Of a DNA stretch of 64,000 nt, positions 18,853 through 27,439 are shown piece by piece. The notes below the pieces were generated by a model. It was not told the origin of the DNA. It saw nothing but the letters and a program-made list of their open reading frames with translations, and made no database searches. A program made the position numbers and the translations under genes. The DNA lies in the IMG/VR virus record IMGVR_UViG_3300045988_143931, positions 1-64,000 of that record. One strand, written 5' to 3'. The number at the start of each line of letters is the position of its first letter. Positions within the stretch are counted from its first letter, which is position 1. The stretch comes from a virus.

Positions 18853-20043
18853 TTAGTTCATACCTTCAAGCATTGCAAGAAGATCATCATCTTCTGATGA
18901 GCTGTCACTTTCTGTTTCAGAATCGCCATCATCACTTGGTTCTACACCAGCATCATTTAATGCCTGTTCGTAGAAATACAGGTCATCCTCATCATACTTA
19001 CCATCTTCAAATGCTACAGTTGGTTTTCTATCATCACCATCACCAACATATGTAATATCAGGCTTAACAATAATCATTCTTCTCTCACGATTACCATTTC
19101 CTACGGCACACTTCTTTTCAGCCTCTTCCTCTGAATAAAGTCCCATTTCGATAAGTTCCTTAATGTCGTCAGGAATGTCATCTGCTGTGATATTTACTAC
19201 TGAACCACCTTCAACTAAATTTCCTGTAACCGTAATTTCAGTCATCTTACCCTTCTTAGGCTTAAAAAATCTCTGAAGCATCTTTGCTGTAATTTCTGGA
19301 TTCTCGTTGATAGCAACCTCAAATGTCTTAGGGAATGTAACATTCTTCTTAACCTCAACCTTTTCTCCATCAATCTTAGGCTTACCAACATAATCAACAA
19401 CATATGCAGAAAGCTCCATAGTTCCCTTGTCCTCATTTTTCTTTCCAATACTCTTAGAATCTACAAGGATTGTCTGTGAGAATGTAGCCTTAAAATCTGC
19501 TTCATCATCAACCTTTGAAAGAACAATAGATGTAATTTCCTTCTTTATAGATACATTCCCTTCGTACTCGCTATAACCCATTGTTCCCTTTACGTTCACA
19601 ATCATTCCGTCTTCAAGATGTTCATTGAGATATTCAACTGCGTCATAAGCTGTAAGGAACTTCTTATATACAGTCTTATCCTTAACATCCTTCTCAACAC
19701 CAACTGTTAAGAAAGAAGAATCTGAAATACTGTCATATAAAGACTCATCAAGACGATCTTCCCATGCAATCTCTACTGACTTACTCTTTCCTGAATCATC
19801 CTTTTCATCCTTGCTATACGCACGAATGACATTATCCTTATCAGGGAAGAAACCACTTCGCATCTCTGCATAAACCACATTACCATTGCCACAATCAACA
19901 CCAACATACATACTATTATCTGTCCAACCAGAATCATAACTGTTGTCAAGATTGAATGTCTTGTCTGTTACTTTTACACGTCCAATAAGATTAAATGCTG
20001 CCTTACCTTTCTTTAACGCTTTTCTTTCCTTTGTCTTTGCCAA
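18853..20043 (-). CDS. Putative ssDNA-binding protein with an acidic C-terminal tail
   Basis: Position between the recombination ATPase and accessory genes, and the acidic tail ...SSSEDDDLLAMLEGMN. Start moved to the TTG at 20043, 9 nt after AAGGAGG. Confidence 0.4.
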   Translation of the reverse strand: MAKTKERKALKKGKAAFNLIGRVKVTDKTFNLDNSYDSGWTDNSMYVGVDCGNGNVVYAEMRSGFFPDKDNVIRAYSKDEKDDSGKSKSVEIAWEDRLDESLYDSISDSSFLTVGVEKDVKDKTVYKKFLTAYDAVEYLNEHLEDGMIVNVKGTMGYSEYEGNVSIKKEITSIVLSKVDDEADFKATFSQTILVDSKSIGKKNEDKGTMELSAYVVDYVGKPKIDGEKVEVKKNVTFPKTFEVAINENPEITAKMLQRFFKPKKGKMTEITVTGNLVEGGSVVNITADDIPDDIKELIEMGLYSEEEAEKKCAVGNGNRERRMIIVKPDITYVGDGDDRKPTVAFEDGKYDEDDLYFYEQALNDAGVEPSDDGDSETESDSSSEDDDLLAMLEGMN

Positions 20044-20267
20044 ATTACTTGTCCTCCTTAAAATTAAATAATTTATGTAAATATTGTTAATAAAACAATC
20101 TATATAAACGCCCACTCAGGACGGAACATGGAAGTAAATCTATATGAAAATTTATCCATAAACAGTGATTTTTGAGTATAAAAACCCAAGGGTATGCTGC
20201 TAACCACCCATTATTTATTCTTTGTTCAGTTGTTTGTTTTGGAAATTTTGAACTGAATTGTTCAAGA

Positions 20268-20657
20268 CTAAGAACTTACTTTGTTCTTCATAATATTTAG
20301 TATTGTATTTAACATATTCTCCGTGGTTGCGAAGTCTCCACCTAAACAAGAAGCAGTTGTCTTTATTTCATAAGTCCAATCAGCTTTATTACTTGTTGAT
20401 TCTACTGGATAATCCATATATAATACTGTTCCTTTTGGAACAACAATATTATTGTATTTATTCTTGTAATCTTCTTTCAAAACTTTTAACCACTTTTGAC
20501 AACCTTTATTATATGATTTATACTTTGCATCACTTGTATATACATGAAAATAAGGTTCAGACGGATATTCAATGCTCTTGAATTTGTTAATTACAAGTAA
20601 TACTCCATCAGATATTCTATAAAGGTCTTGATAATCTGTTTCTGCTAATATCTCTAT
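20268..20657 (-). CDS. Hypothetical protein (extended to a putative ATA start)
   Basis: The track ORF starts at the TTG at 20480 with no SD. The frame is open to 20657, where ATA follows GAGGTGAT by 4 nt. Confidence 0.5.
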   Translation of the reverse strand: MEILAETDYQDLYRISDGVLLVINKFKSIEYPSEPYFHVYTSDAKYKSYNKGCQKWLKVLKEDYKNKYNNIVVPKGTVLYMDYPVESTSNKADWTYEIKTTASCLGGDFATTENMLNTILNIMKNKVSS

Positions 20658-20693
20658 TTATATCACCTCACTTATATATTCTCTATCAGTAAT

Positions 20694-20939
20694 TTATTTA
20701 TCACACATAATACTGCCATCAGAATTTAATCTTGGTATCATGCCGCCCCTAATAGACAATAAATAATGAACACCTGTATCAGAATCAATAAATTCATAAA
20801 CATAACTACCATTTATTTTACTAATTGAATTGCTCTCACTTGATTCTGTAGTTTCTGGAACGCTACATCCAACTAATGAAAATGTTAAAATTGTTGCTGT
20901 TAGAAATATCATAAGCTTCTTTTTCATATCTTTTACCAT
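20694..20939 (-). CDS. Small lipoprotein (paralogue of 43164..43439)
   Basis: Lipobox LVGC after MKKKLMIFLTATIL. Shares ...GVHYLLSIRGGMIPRLNSDGS with the other copy. Confidence 0.7.
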   Translation of the reverse strand: MVKDMKKKLMIFLTATILTFSLVGCSVPETTESSESNSISKINGSYVYEFIDSDTGVHYLLSIRGGMIPRLNSDGSIMCDK

Positions 20940-20963
20940 CTCTTATCTATATATTCTCTGTTA

Positions 20964-21470
20964 CTATCGAAGAATGTGAACCATTCCTTCTCTTGTACCC
21001 ATTAAAACAGGTTCTTCACCATTAGCTTTCATCTTCCAATAAGCACTTTTACTTTTCTCCATATTTAATTGATGTTTCAAGCTTTCAATTTCTTTCTCAT
21101 AATAGTTATTATCGAACTTCTGAATGCCAATCTGCTTATAGTCTTTAGAAACATGTTTTACATAATAATTGGATATATAATCACTTGTACCATCTGAATA
21201 CTGAATTGTTGGCTCAAAGAACCCACGCTTTTTACATTCATCACAATGACATATATCTGAAATGTAACCAATTCTTCCATCTCTATTTTCTACGAAATCT
21301 CCGATGTTAAATTTCATATCTGTTACATTATTCTCTTTTGGTATATCAACTTCTTCAAAGAAAAGATTTACATATTCAATATCTTGTGCTGATCCGATAA
21401 ATCTGTATCCTAAGTTTTCATATTCTTTAATTGTTTTATGTGCATCAGATAATCTAACTCTTACCTCCAC
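20964..21470 (-). CDS. Hypothetical protein
   Basis: ORF track. Start set to the GTG at 21470, after AGGAGGTGAG. Confidence 0.6.
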   Translation of the reverse strand: MEVRVRLSDAHKTIKEYENLGYRFIGSAQDIEYVNLFFEEVDIPKENNVTDMKFNIGDFVENRDGRIGYISDICHCDECKKRGFFEPTIQYSDGTSDYISNYYVKHVSKDYKQIGIQKFDNNYYEKEIESLKHQLNMEKSKSAYWKMKANGEEPVLMGTREGMVHILR

Positions 21471-21510
21471 ATTCTCACCTCCTAACAACCAATGAAACAG
21501 TGATTTACAA

Positions 21511-21708
21511 TCAACTTAATTCATCATGTAATTTTCCACATTTCTTACATCTGAAAATGTGCTTTACTGTATTATGTTCATCTATAATTTCGTGAGCTAT
21601 TTCAACATAATCATGTGACTCACATGGACAGATAAGATTTTCTAAATAAGATATTCTCTGTCTATATTTTAGTTTTTCGACTTCATATTTTGTTCTGTTA
21701 ATCCACAT
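21511..21708 (-). CDS. Small zinc-finger protein
   Basis: CPC...H and CKKCG. SD GGAGAAT. Confidence 0.55.
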   Translation of the reverse strand: MWINRTKYEVEKLKYRQRISYLENLICPCESHDYVEIAHEIIDEHNTVKHIFRCKKCGKLHDELS

Positions 21709-21784
21709 AAGATTCTCCTATATGTTTATTCTCTATTCGATTTTCATTTTTATTGGAAATTATTAGCTGAATCGCTAAGATTAA

Positions 21785-22288
21785 TTATTCAAGACTTTTC
21801 ATCTCGCAAGTAACATTTTCATTTCTTATCGTTTCTGCCAGTTTACATAAACCAAGTTGAGTATCAATATGATATGTATCAACAAATCGTGGTTGAGTTT
21901 CGTCATCGTGAAACATATCTTTGTATGTTTTAATAAATTCTTTAATACCAACTTTGTCACGATATTCTTCCATTTCTTTTTCATAAATTGGATTGTATGA
22001 TTGAGTAATCGGAGGCTCGTTACCACAATGCCCACCTGCTCTAATATTTAATTCTTTGTACTTCTTATACATTTCATTTGCTATATCAAGAGGCATATCA
22101 CCATGACAAACCCAATAACTCCATGCTCTATAAAATACAAAACCATTTAAAATACCGATATATTTTGTCTTGACTTCTGTGTTCATGTAATATGGCAATC
22201 TGAATACAGGAATATTTGCTATTTGAAGTTCTTCTTTTACTTTGTAATCAATCTCTCCATCGTATTCATGTCTTGCAAAATTATCCAT
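21785..22288 (-). CDS. Hypothetical protein
   Basis: ORF track. SD GGAGGTGA 4 nt before the ATG. Confidence 0.65.
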   Translation of the reverse strand: MDNFARHEYDGEIDYKVKEELQIANIPVFRLPYYMNTEVKTKYIGILNGFVFYRAWSYWVCHGDMPLDIANEMYKKYKELNIRAGGHCGNEPPITQSYNPIYEKEMEEYRDKVGIKEFIKTYKDMFHDDETQPRFVDTYHIDTQLGLCKLAETIRNENVTCEMKSLE

Positions 22289-22302
22289 TTTTTCACCTCC
22301 AA

Positions 22303-22551
22303 CTATACGCTCTCTGTTTTCTTTCTTCTCATTACTAATTCAAACTCTGTACTAGGATATGTGATCTGATATTCTTCTTTCTTACCTTCGGAGTCTTCCA
22401 TATTACCCATAAACCATTCATATACAGCAGCTATCACATCATCTGTAACATCTATTTTCTGTCCAATCCACATATGTTTTTCTGTATCCTGTGTTCCATA
22501 GTAGATTGTATTTGTTATTGGACTTACACCAAAACCCTTCTTTTTCGCCAT
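22303..22551 (-). CDS. Hypothetical protein
   Basis: ORF track. SD AGGAG upstream. Confidence 0.6.
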   Translation of the reverse strand: MAKKKGFGVSPITNTIYYGTQDTEKHMWIGQKIDVTDDVIAAVYEWFMGNMEDSEGKKEEYQITYPSTEFELVMRRKKTESV

Positions 22552-22562
22552 TTATTTTCTCC

Positions 22563-22733
22563 TTACTGCAACATTTCTGGATAAAAGTCATAAAGATAAT
22601 CACAAAAATCTCCATCGTATTGCGAACCTGTTCGTTCCCTCCAAGAATTTTGCCATTCTTTACCTCTCTCAGTCTGAATAAACTGTTTATATTTAGGTCT
22701 TAAAGCTTCTCTATCTTTACAAATGTCACTCAT
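22563..22733 (-). CDS. Small hypothetical protein (56 aa)
   Basis: Below the track cutoff. Reads MSDICKDREALRPKYKQF..., with SD AAAGGAGAAT before the ATG at 22733. Confidence 0.5.
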   Translation of the reverse strand: MSDICKDREALRPKYKQFIQTERGKEWQNSWRERTGSQYDGDFCDYLYDFYPEMLQ

Positions 22734-22796
22734 TCTATAATTCTCCTTTAAAAATCACCTCAAGAAATGTCAGTTTCATTCGGTCTTGATTTCCAT

Positions 22797-22840
22797 ACCA
22801 TATATAGTGTTTGTTGTGCTTTACGCTCACTATATATGGT
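22797..22840. promoter_or_regulatory. Pair of 12-bp palindromic boxes (ACCATATATAGT / ACTATATATGGT), 32 bp start to start
   Basis: Read directly at 22797-22808 and 22829-22840, upstream (minus sense) of the gene at 22733. Confidence 0.55.
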
Positions 22841-22847
22841 ATGTTAT

Positions 22848-23702
22848 TTACTCTTCACCAATAAATACCAATCTATCAATATATTCTCTACCTTCACCCT
22901 TGAAAATAGGAATATCTGTATCAATAATCCACTCATTTTCTGATTTAGAAAAATCTCTTAAATGTGCAGTTGCCATGACACCATCAGATTCAATAATAAT
23001 CTTATTTCTTACACAGCAACTTCCACGCTTTTGATAAGTCGGCAAATCATTCCAGTTGATGCCTTTCTGAGTCATAAGCATATCCTGAATATCATTACAT
23101 GACTTATTCTGTAATTCCTTGTGTGAGAAATTGGCTTGACCTACCATCTGAATTGAATTACGAGAAGCATCAAGTTGTCGCCAATATACGAGATTTGTTA
23201 CTTCTTCTTTTGGAATATTGAAACAACGAGCATCGAACATTGCACCTTTATCAACTGCTAAAGATAAAATATGTTCATAGTTTTCATGAGTATTATCCAT
23301 ACATTCGTAAGTATATGTACAATAATCTCCTACATTATTAGCAAAAGCCCTATTAAATGCCATAGTAGCCATACTTGCTGCAATACTACAAATCTTCTGA
23401 ACTTCATAATCAAACCATGCTGAAGATGTAAGTTTCTTATAATCAACAAGAATAAGTGTAATCTCATCTGACTGCGTGTAACCAAGAACACAGCCCTGAA
23501 TATTCTCGCATAAGTATCTCATTGTTTCCTGCATTGATTTAATCAAAACTTCATCAAAAGGCTTCTGAAATCCTCTTGTGAATGTGTGGAACGCTTTTCC
23601 ATCAATTCTGATAGCAACTGGACACCTTCTCATCAGTTTTGTCTTTGGAATCTGCTCATAAAATGTCTTCATCCTAACGCCTAAATCATCATGTACTGGC
23701 AT
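22848..23702 (-). CDS. tRNA-His guanylyltransferase (Thg1)-like 3'-5' nucleotidyltransferase
   Basis: IRIDGKAFHTFTRGF.KPFD and SDEITLIL match Thg1 N-terminal motifs. Confidence 0.85.
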   Translation of the reverse strand: MPVHDDLGVRMKTFYEQIPKTKLMRRCPVAIRIDGKAFHTFTRGFQKPFDEVLIKSMQETMRYLCENIQGCVLGYTQSDEITLILVDYKKLTSSAWFDYEVQKICSIAASMATMAFNRAFANNVGDYCTYTYECMDNTHENYEHILSLAVDKGAMFDARCFNIPKEEVTNLVYWRQLDASRNSIQMVGQANFSHKELQNKSCNDIQDMLMTQKGINWNDLPTYQKRGSCCVRNKIIIESDGVMATAHLRDFSKSENEWIIDTDIPIFKGEGREYIDRLVFIGEE

Positions 23703-23741
23703 ATATGTACCTCTCTTTCTTTACTTTTATATTCTCTCTTA

Positions 23742-23987
23742 CTAATATAATTTCGTACTTAATTCAGAAACTTGTTTTTTAATTTCATCCACTTCTGTTA
23801 AACCATTTATAGGTTCTAACTTGTGATTGATATCATTTATATCAGATTCAATTTCGTCAATTATTTGAATAACAACACTTTTGGGAATAAATTCTTCCCT
23901 ATCATCAAATTCATAATCAGATAAATCACCATACTGATATGCTTCTTTGTCTATTTGTTCTCTATAATTTGTATTTTTATATGCCAT
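23742..23987 (-). CDS. Hypothetical acidic protein
   Basis: ORF track. SD GAGGAGG upstream. Confidence 0.6.
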   Translation of the reverse strand: MAYKNTNYREQIDKEAYQYGDLSDYEFDDREEFIPKSVVIQIIDEIESDINDINHKLEPINGLTEVDEIKKQVSELSTKLY

Positions 23988-24034
23988 TATCTTTACCTCC
24001 TCATATAAAATCGAAATTTCTTGGTACTTTTGTC

Positions 24035-24108
24035 ACTATATATTGTGGTTCATCTCTTATATGGTACTATATATAGTATGTAAATTTTACTAATCAACTA
24101 CATATAGT
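24035..24108. promoter_or_regulatory. Three ACTATATATAGT-type boxes phased exactly 31 bp apart
   Basis: Boxes start at 24035 (ACTATATATTGT), 24066 (ACTATATATAGT) and 24097 (ACTACATATAGT). Confidence 0.6.
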
Positions 24109-24115
24109 TATTCTC

Positions 24116-24460
24116 TTAACCGATTGTTAAAATTGCCGGATTTACAACACCATCACCATCATAGTTGTATTCCTTATTGTGCCACTTTCTAAGATATTCT
24201 CCATACCTCCAGCACTGTGAAAGAATACTAACTGCACATCCATACATATATCCTGTAATGCCCTCAGGATCAGCTTCATGGCTTAACTTATCAGCATTAT
24301 CAACAATAACTTTCATAGCATCTTCTGTAGAAGATTCAATCTTGTTCTCTAACATTTCTGCCCATCTTTCAGCATATGTAAAACAAGCTCTACCATAACC
24401 GTCACTATTTTTATCATACCAATCCTTGTATTCTTTTTCGTGTCCTTCTAAAATTTTCAT
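24116..24460 (-). CDS. Hypothetical protein
   Basis: ORF track. SD AGAGAGGAAAAT. Confidence 0.65.
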   Translation of the reverse strand: MKILEGHEKEYKDWYDKNSDGYGRACFTYAERWAEMLENKIESSTEDAMKVIVDNADKLSHEADPEGITGYMYGCAVSILSQCWRYGEYLRKWHNKEYNYDGDGVVNPAILTIG

Positions 24461-24483
24461 ATTTTCCTCTCTTTCTAAGCTTC

Positions 24484-24505
24484 ACAAGAAACCGATATTT
24501 CTTGT
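24484..24505 (-). promoter_or_regulatory. 5' leader hairpin ACAAGAAA-N6-TTTCTTGT
   Basis: Perfect 8-bp arms at 24484-24491 and 24498-24505, between the palindromic boxes and the SD. Confidence 0.5.
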
Positions 24506-24515
24506 CCTTTTTATT

Positions 24516-24589
24516 ACTATATATAGTAGTTTTATTTTATCTAACCACTATATATAGTATGTGATTTTATGAAATATACTATTTATTGT
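24516..24589. promoter_or_regulatory. Three ACTATATATAGT-type boxes phased 31 bp apart
   Basis: 24516 and 24547 are perfect ACTATATATAGT. 24578 is ACTATTTATTGT. Confidence 0.6.
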
Positions 24590-24602
24590 ATTATTCTCTC
24601 TT

Positions 24603-25010
24603 TTACTTCAATAAAGCAGCAATCTCATCAATTTCCAGCTCTGTTTTCTTATCATTAGAAAGCAACTTGTCCAACTTGCTCTCCATTTTCTTCAAATCAG
24701 ACTCTTCTTTCTTCAGACCAGATATCTCTAACTTACTCTTAATATCTTTAATCCATGCTGTCACACTGTATCCTGAAATTTCAAAATCAGCCATATTAAG
24801 ATCCTTTGCAGACATTAAATATGAATTCAATCTAATCAAAAGTAATAATAATGCATCGTCTGAACACACATTGAGATTAATTGTCATTCCATCCATATTA
24901 AGAACACAATTTGTTTCAGGAATAAATCTGATTTTCTTCTCAGAAATTGATTTCTTCTTCGTCTCAATCTGTTTCTTTAATTCTAAAATTCTGTCATCGT
25001 TTTTACTCAT
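24603..25010 (-). CDS. Hypothetical coiled-coil protein
   Basis: ORF track. Start moved to the ATG at 25010, which overlaps the upstream stop after GGAG. Confidence 0.6.
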   Translation of the reverse strand: MSKNDDRILELKKQIETKKKSISEKKIRFIPETNCVLNMDGMTINLNVCSDDALLLLLIRLNSYLMSAKDLNMADFEISGYSVTAWIKDIKSKLEISGLKKEESDLKKMESKLDKLLSNDKKTELEIDEIAALLK

Positions 25011-26268
25011 TAAACTCGTACTCCTTTTTATATTCTCTACCATTTGCTAAATATTTCTGCTTACATACTGGTTTTAACTTTTCAAAAACTGTTTCAATAG
25101 AAACTGGAATCATATGTGTCTGAATTTCTTTTTGACCATAACGCACTTCCACTTCTCTTTCTTCTGTCGGGAAAATATCAATTGCTTCCTTATCTCCATG
25201 ATAGATATTCTTGGCACTATATTTATAAACAGTATATTTGCCGTTATCTTCTGATCTATATGGCGTTGTCATTTCATATTTAATATATTCTCCATTGTCG
25301 TTTACCATAAAACGAACATCGACATATTTTCTTGTTATATCATCATCGACATATGTATTAATTGCTTTTTCATAAAAATCTTCAAATGAGATGTTTATAA
25401 TTTTATCCTTGCTATTGTCTATAGGGGAAAATTGATAAGATGATTCCATTGAATCATAAATTTCAGAATATTTAGATGTGCATTTATCATCGAGACAACT
25501 AATAAGTTTGTTTTTAGGAACACTTTTGAGTTGCTCAAAATCATACTTCCCATCGCTCAATCTTGCGAACCAATGCATTTTACCATATGAAAGATCGTTA
25601 ATTCCTTTATAAGAAATCTTACTATAATATCCAAAACGAGTTGGTTCAGTTGGAATATCTTTATAAGATTTTGTTCTTACAATTTTACCATTCTGTATAA
25701 ACTCATAACCATGTCCATATGTTTCAAAACGTCCCATATAAATCCAGTTCTCATTATCTTTTGTAAGATATGTAGCACCAAGAATCAAGTCTTTTGTCTT
25801 AATGGATTCATTATTATGTACAATCTTATTATAAGCCGCAATTTGCTTATAGTCAGGTGACTCAACTGGCATAAGAACTAAATCCTTACCATCCCATCCA
25901 TATATAAATTCTCCTTCAAGTCCCTTACCTTTGATGCAATTCGCATTTTCGAGAATATACAATAAATTTTCAATGGTAATTTCAAACTCAAATCCTCTTG
26001 GATCATATACTCTACAATAAGCATGTCTGTGATCCCATCCTGTAGAGTAATCACCAGCTTTCTTATTTAGTACAAATCCTTCTGTTGGGACATTATCAAA
26101 TTCATCATTCGGAATTTTATCGTCACGCCAACTATTCCATGATGTTTCTTTTCGCAGCTTACCTTTTTCGTCATAGTAAATGACGTATGCAAGTTTTCCT
26201 GTGTAAGTTCCTGAACGATTTTGATATCCAACATTTATCGTTTTAGGAACAAAAATACTGCTGTTCAA
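25003..26268 (-). CDS. Hypothetical protein (421 aa) directly downstream of the PurA-like gene
   Basis: ORF track, TTG start. No motif recognised. Confidence 0.65.
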   Translation of the reverse strand: MNSSIFVPKTINVGYQNRSGTYTGKLAYVIYYDEKGKLRKETSWNSWRDDKIPNDEFDNVPTEGFVLNKKAGDYSTGWDHRHAYCRVYDPRGFEFEITIENLLYILENANCIKGKGLEGEFIYGWDGKDLVLMPVESPDYKQIAAYNKIVHNNESIKTKDLILGATYLTKDNENWIYMGRFETYGHGYEFIQNGKIVRTKSYKDIPTEPTRFGYYSKISYKGINDLSYGKMHWFARLSDGKYDFEQLKSVPKNKLISCLDDKCTSKYSEIYDSMESSYQFSPIDNSKDKIINISFEDFYEKAINTYVDDDITRKYVDVRFMVNDNGEYIKYEMTTPYRSEDNGKYTVYKYSAKNIYHGDKEAIDIFPTEEREVEVRYGQKEIQTHMIPVSIETVFEKLKPVCKQKYLANGREYKKEYEFNE

Positions 26269-26308
26269 TCTGTTGTTTTCTCCTTTCGTTGTATAAAATC
26301 ATTTTCGC

Positions 26309-26326
26309 AAGAAACAAATCTTTCTT
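26309..26326 (-). promoter_or_regulatory. Intercistronic hairpin AAGAAA-N6-TTTCTT
   Basis: Arms at 26309-26314 and 26321-26326. Confidence 0.4.
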
Positions 26327-26330
26327 TCTC

Positions 26331-27422
26331 TCAGTTCACACCATTATGTGTTTCGCCATCTGAGTAATAAATGTTCCAACCCTTGAATAGCTCAATTAAC
26401 TTATCATTATCCCAATCATATTCATTACAATGTGTAATGGCGATTGATTTTTTATCTCCAAAGTTTCCTGCATCATTAGAGCATCTACTATATAATTCTC
26501 CTAAATCAAGTGTTCCATATCTCAATGTATCCTGGAATGGATTTGGTACATTTGTTTTATCAAACATATACTCATTGATAAATCTCTTATTACATTCAGA
26601 TGGGAATTTACCAGCACCATGTCTCGTTAAATAAGTACGAGATACATAACAAGTTTCAATACTTATCTCATCATTCCATTCAACATTTTCAATTATTCTC
26701 TTGGGATTTTCTATACCTGTATTAGACGGTGTTAGATGTGGAAAATATTCTGTGTTGTTCTGATCAAGCAATAAACCTTGTGCAGCTTCAAATACAATAT
26801 TGTCAAATTGATTTAAGAAATAATTATCTGATATAGCCAATGAGTGATTATTCATAAAATCCCAATCATCTAAAAAGTGTTCAAATATACCATTATCAAG
26901 GAATATTTTTGACCATTCATCTGTTAATATAATATTCTCTCTTTCAAATTGTTCTAAGTAGTATTCCCTGATATGATTATCTACATCAGTTATGCCAGCT
27001 TTATATCTTTTGATAGTTTCAAAAATTCCCAAGCCACAACTACCATGTTTATTTTTTCCACGATTTTCTTCTATAATCTGATTTGCCATCATATCAAAAG
27101 GTGTAGTCAACATACAATTTTGATTGATATAAACATTCGTAATATATCCTAATTTCATCAATTCATCATATTCCTGCTTAAAGATAATTGGATTAACAAT
27201 AAAATCCTCAGATAAATATGTACTTGCATGATTGAATGTTCCAGATCCAAAATGATGAAAGACATGTCTGATTCCATCAGGCGTTGTTACGGTATGTCCT
27301 CTCTGAGCACCACCATTTGAACAAACAACAATACTATTAGGTTTCTGTGAGAAATAATCTGTCATTAATCCCTTTCCACAATCTCCAAAGTTAGCACCTA
27401 TTACAATCTTAATGTCTTTCAT
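26331..27422 (-). CDS. purZ: Adenylosuccinate synthetase-family enzyme; PurZ candidate (N6-succino-2-amino-2'-deoxyadenylate synthase)
   Basis: PurA motifs FGDCGKGL (P-loop), NGGAQRGHT and GSCGLGI. Short 363-aa form in a phage context. The family call is firm; the PurZ specificity is inferred. Confidence 0.6.
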   Translation of the reverse strand: MKDIKIVIGANFGDCGKGLMTDYFSQKPNSIVVCSNGGAQRGHTVTTPDGIRHVFHHFGSGTFNHASTYLSEDFIVNPIIFKQEYDELMKLGYITNVYINQNCMLTTPFDMMANQIIEENRGKNKHGSCGLGIFETIKRYKAGITDVDNHIREYYLEQFERENIILTDEWSKIFLDNGIFEHFLDDWDFMNNHSLAISDNYFLNQFDNIVFEAAQGLLLDQNNTEYFPHLTPSNTGIENPKRIIENVEWNDEISIETCYVSRTYLTRHGAGKFPSECNKRFINEYMFDKTNVPNPFQDTLRYGTLDLGELYSRCSNDAGNFGDKKSIAITHCNEYDWDNDKLIELFKGWNIYYSDGETHNGVN

Positions 27423-27439
27423 CTCTTAAATCTCCTATC

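Noticed and set aside
20044-20115. 24-codon N-terminal extension of the SSB-like ORF (MGVYIDCFINNIYINYLILRRTSN).
   Set aside because: It is a hydrophobic, low-complexity peptide encoded by promoter-like AT-rich DNA. A strong AAGGAGG sits 9 nt before the internal TTG at 20043.
24035-24589. Possibility that the regularly spaced ACTATATATAGT boxes are a CRISPR array.
   Set aside because: The repeats are only 12 bp, palindromic and AT-only, with 2-3 copies per site split by genes. No cas genes are present. They look like operators or promoters, not CRISPR.
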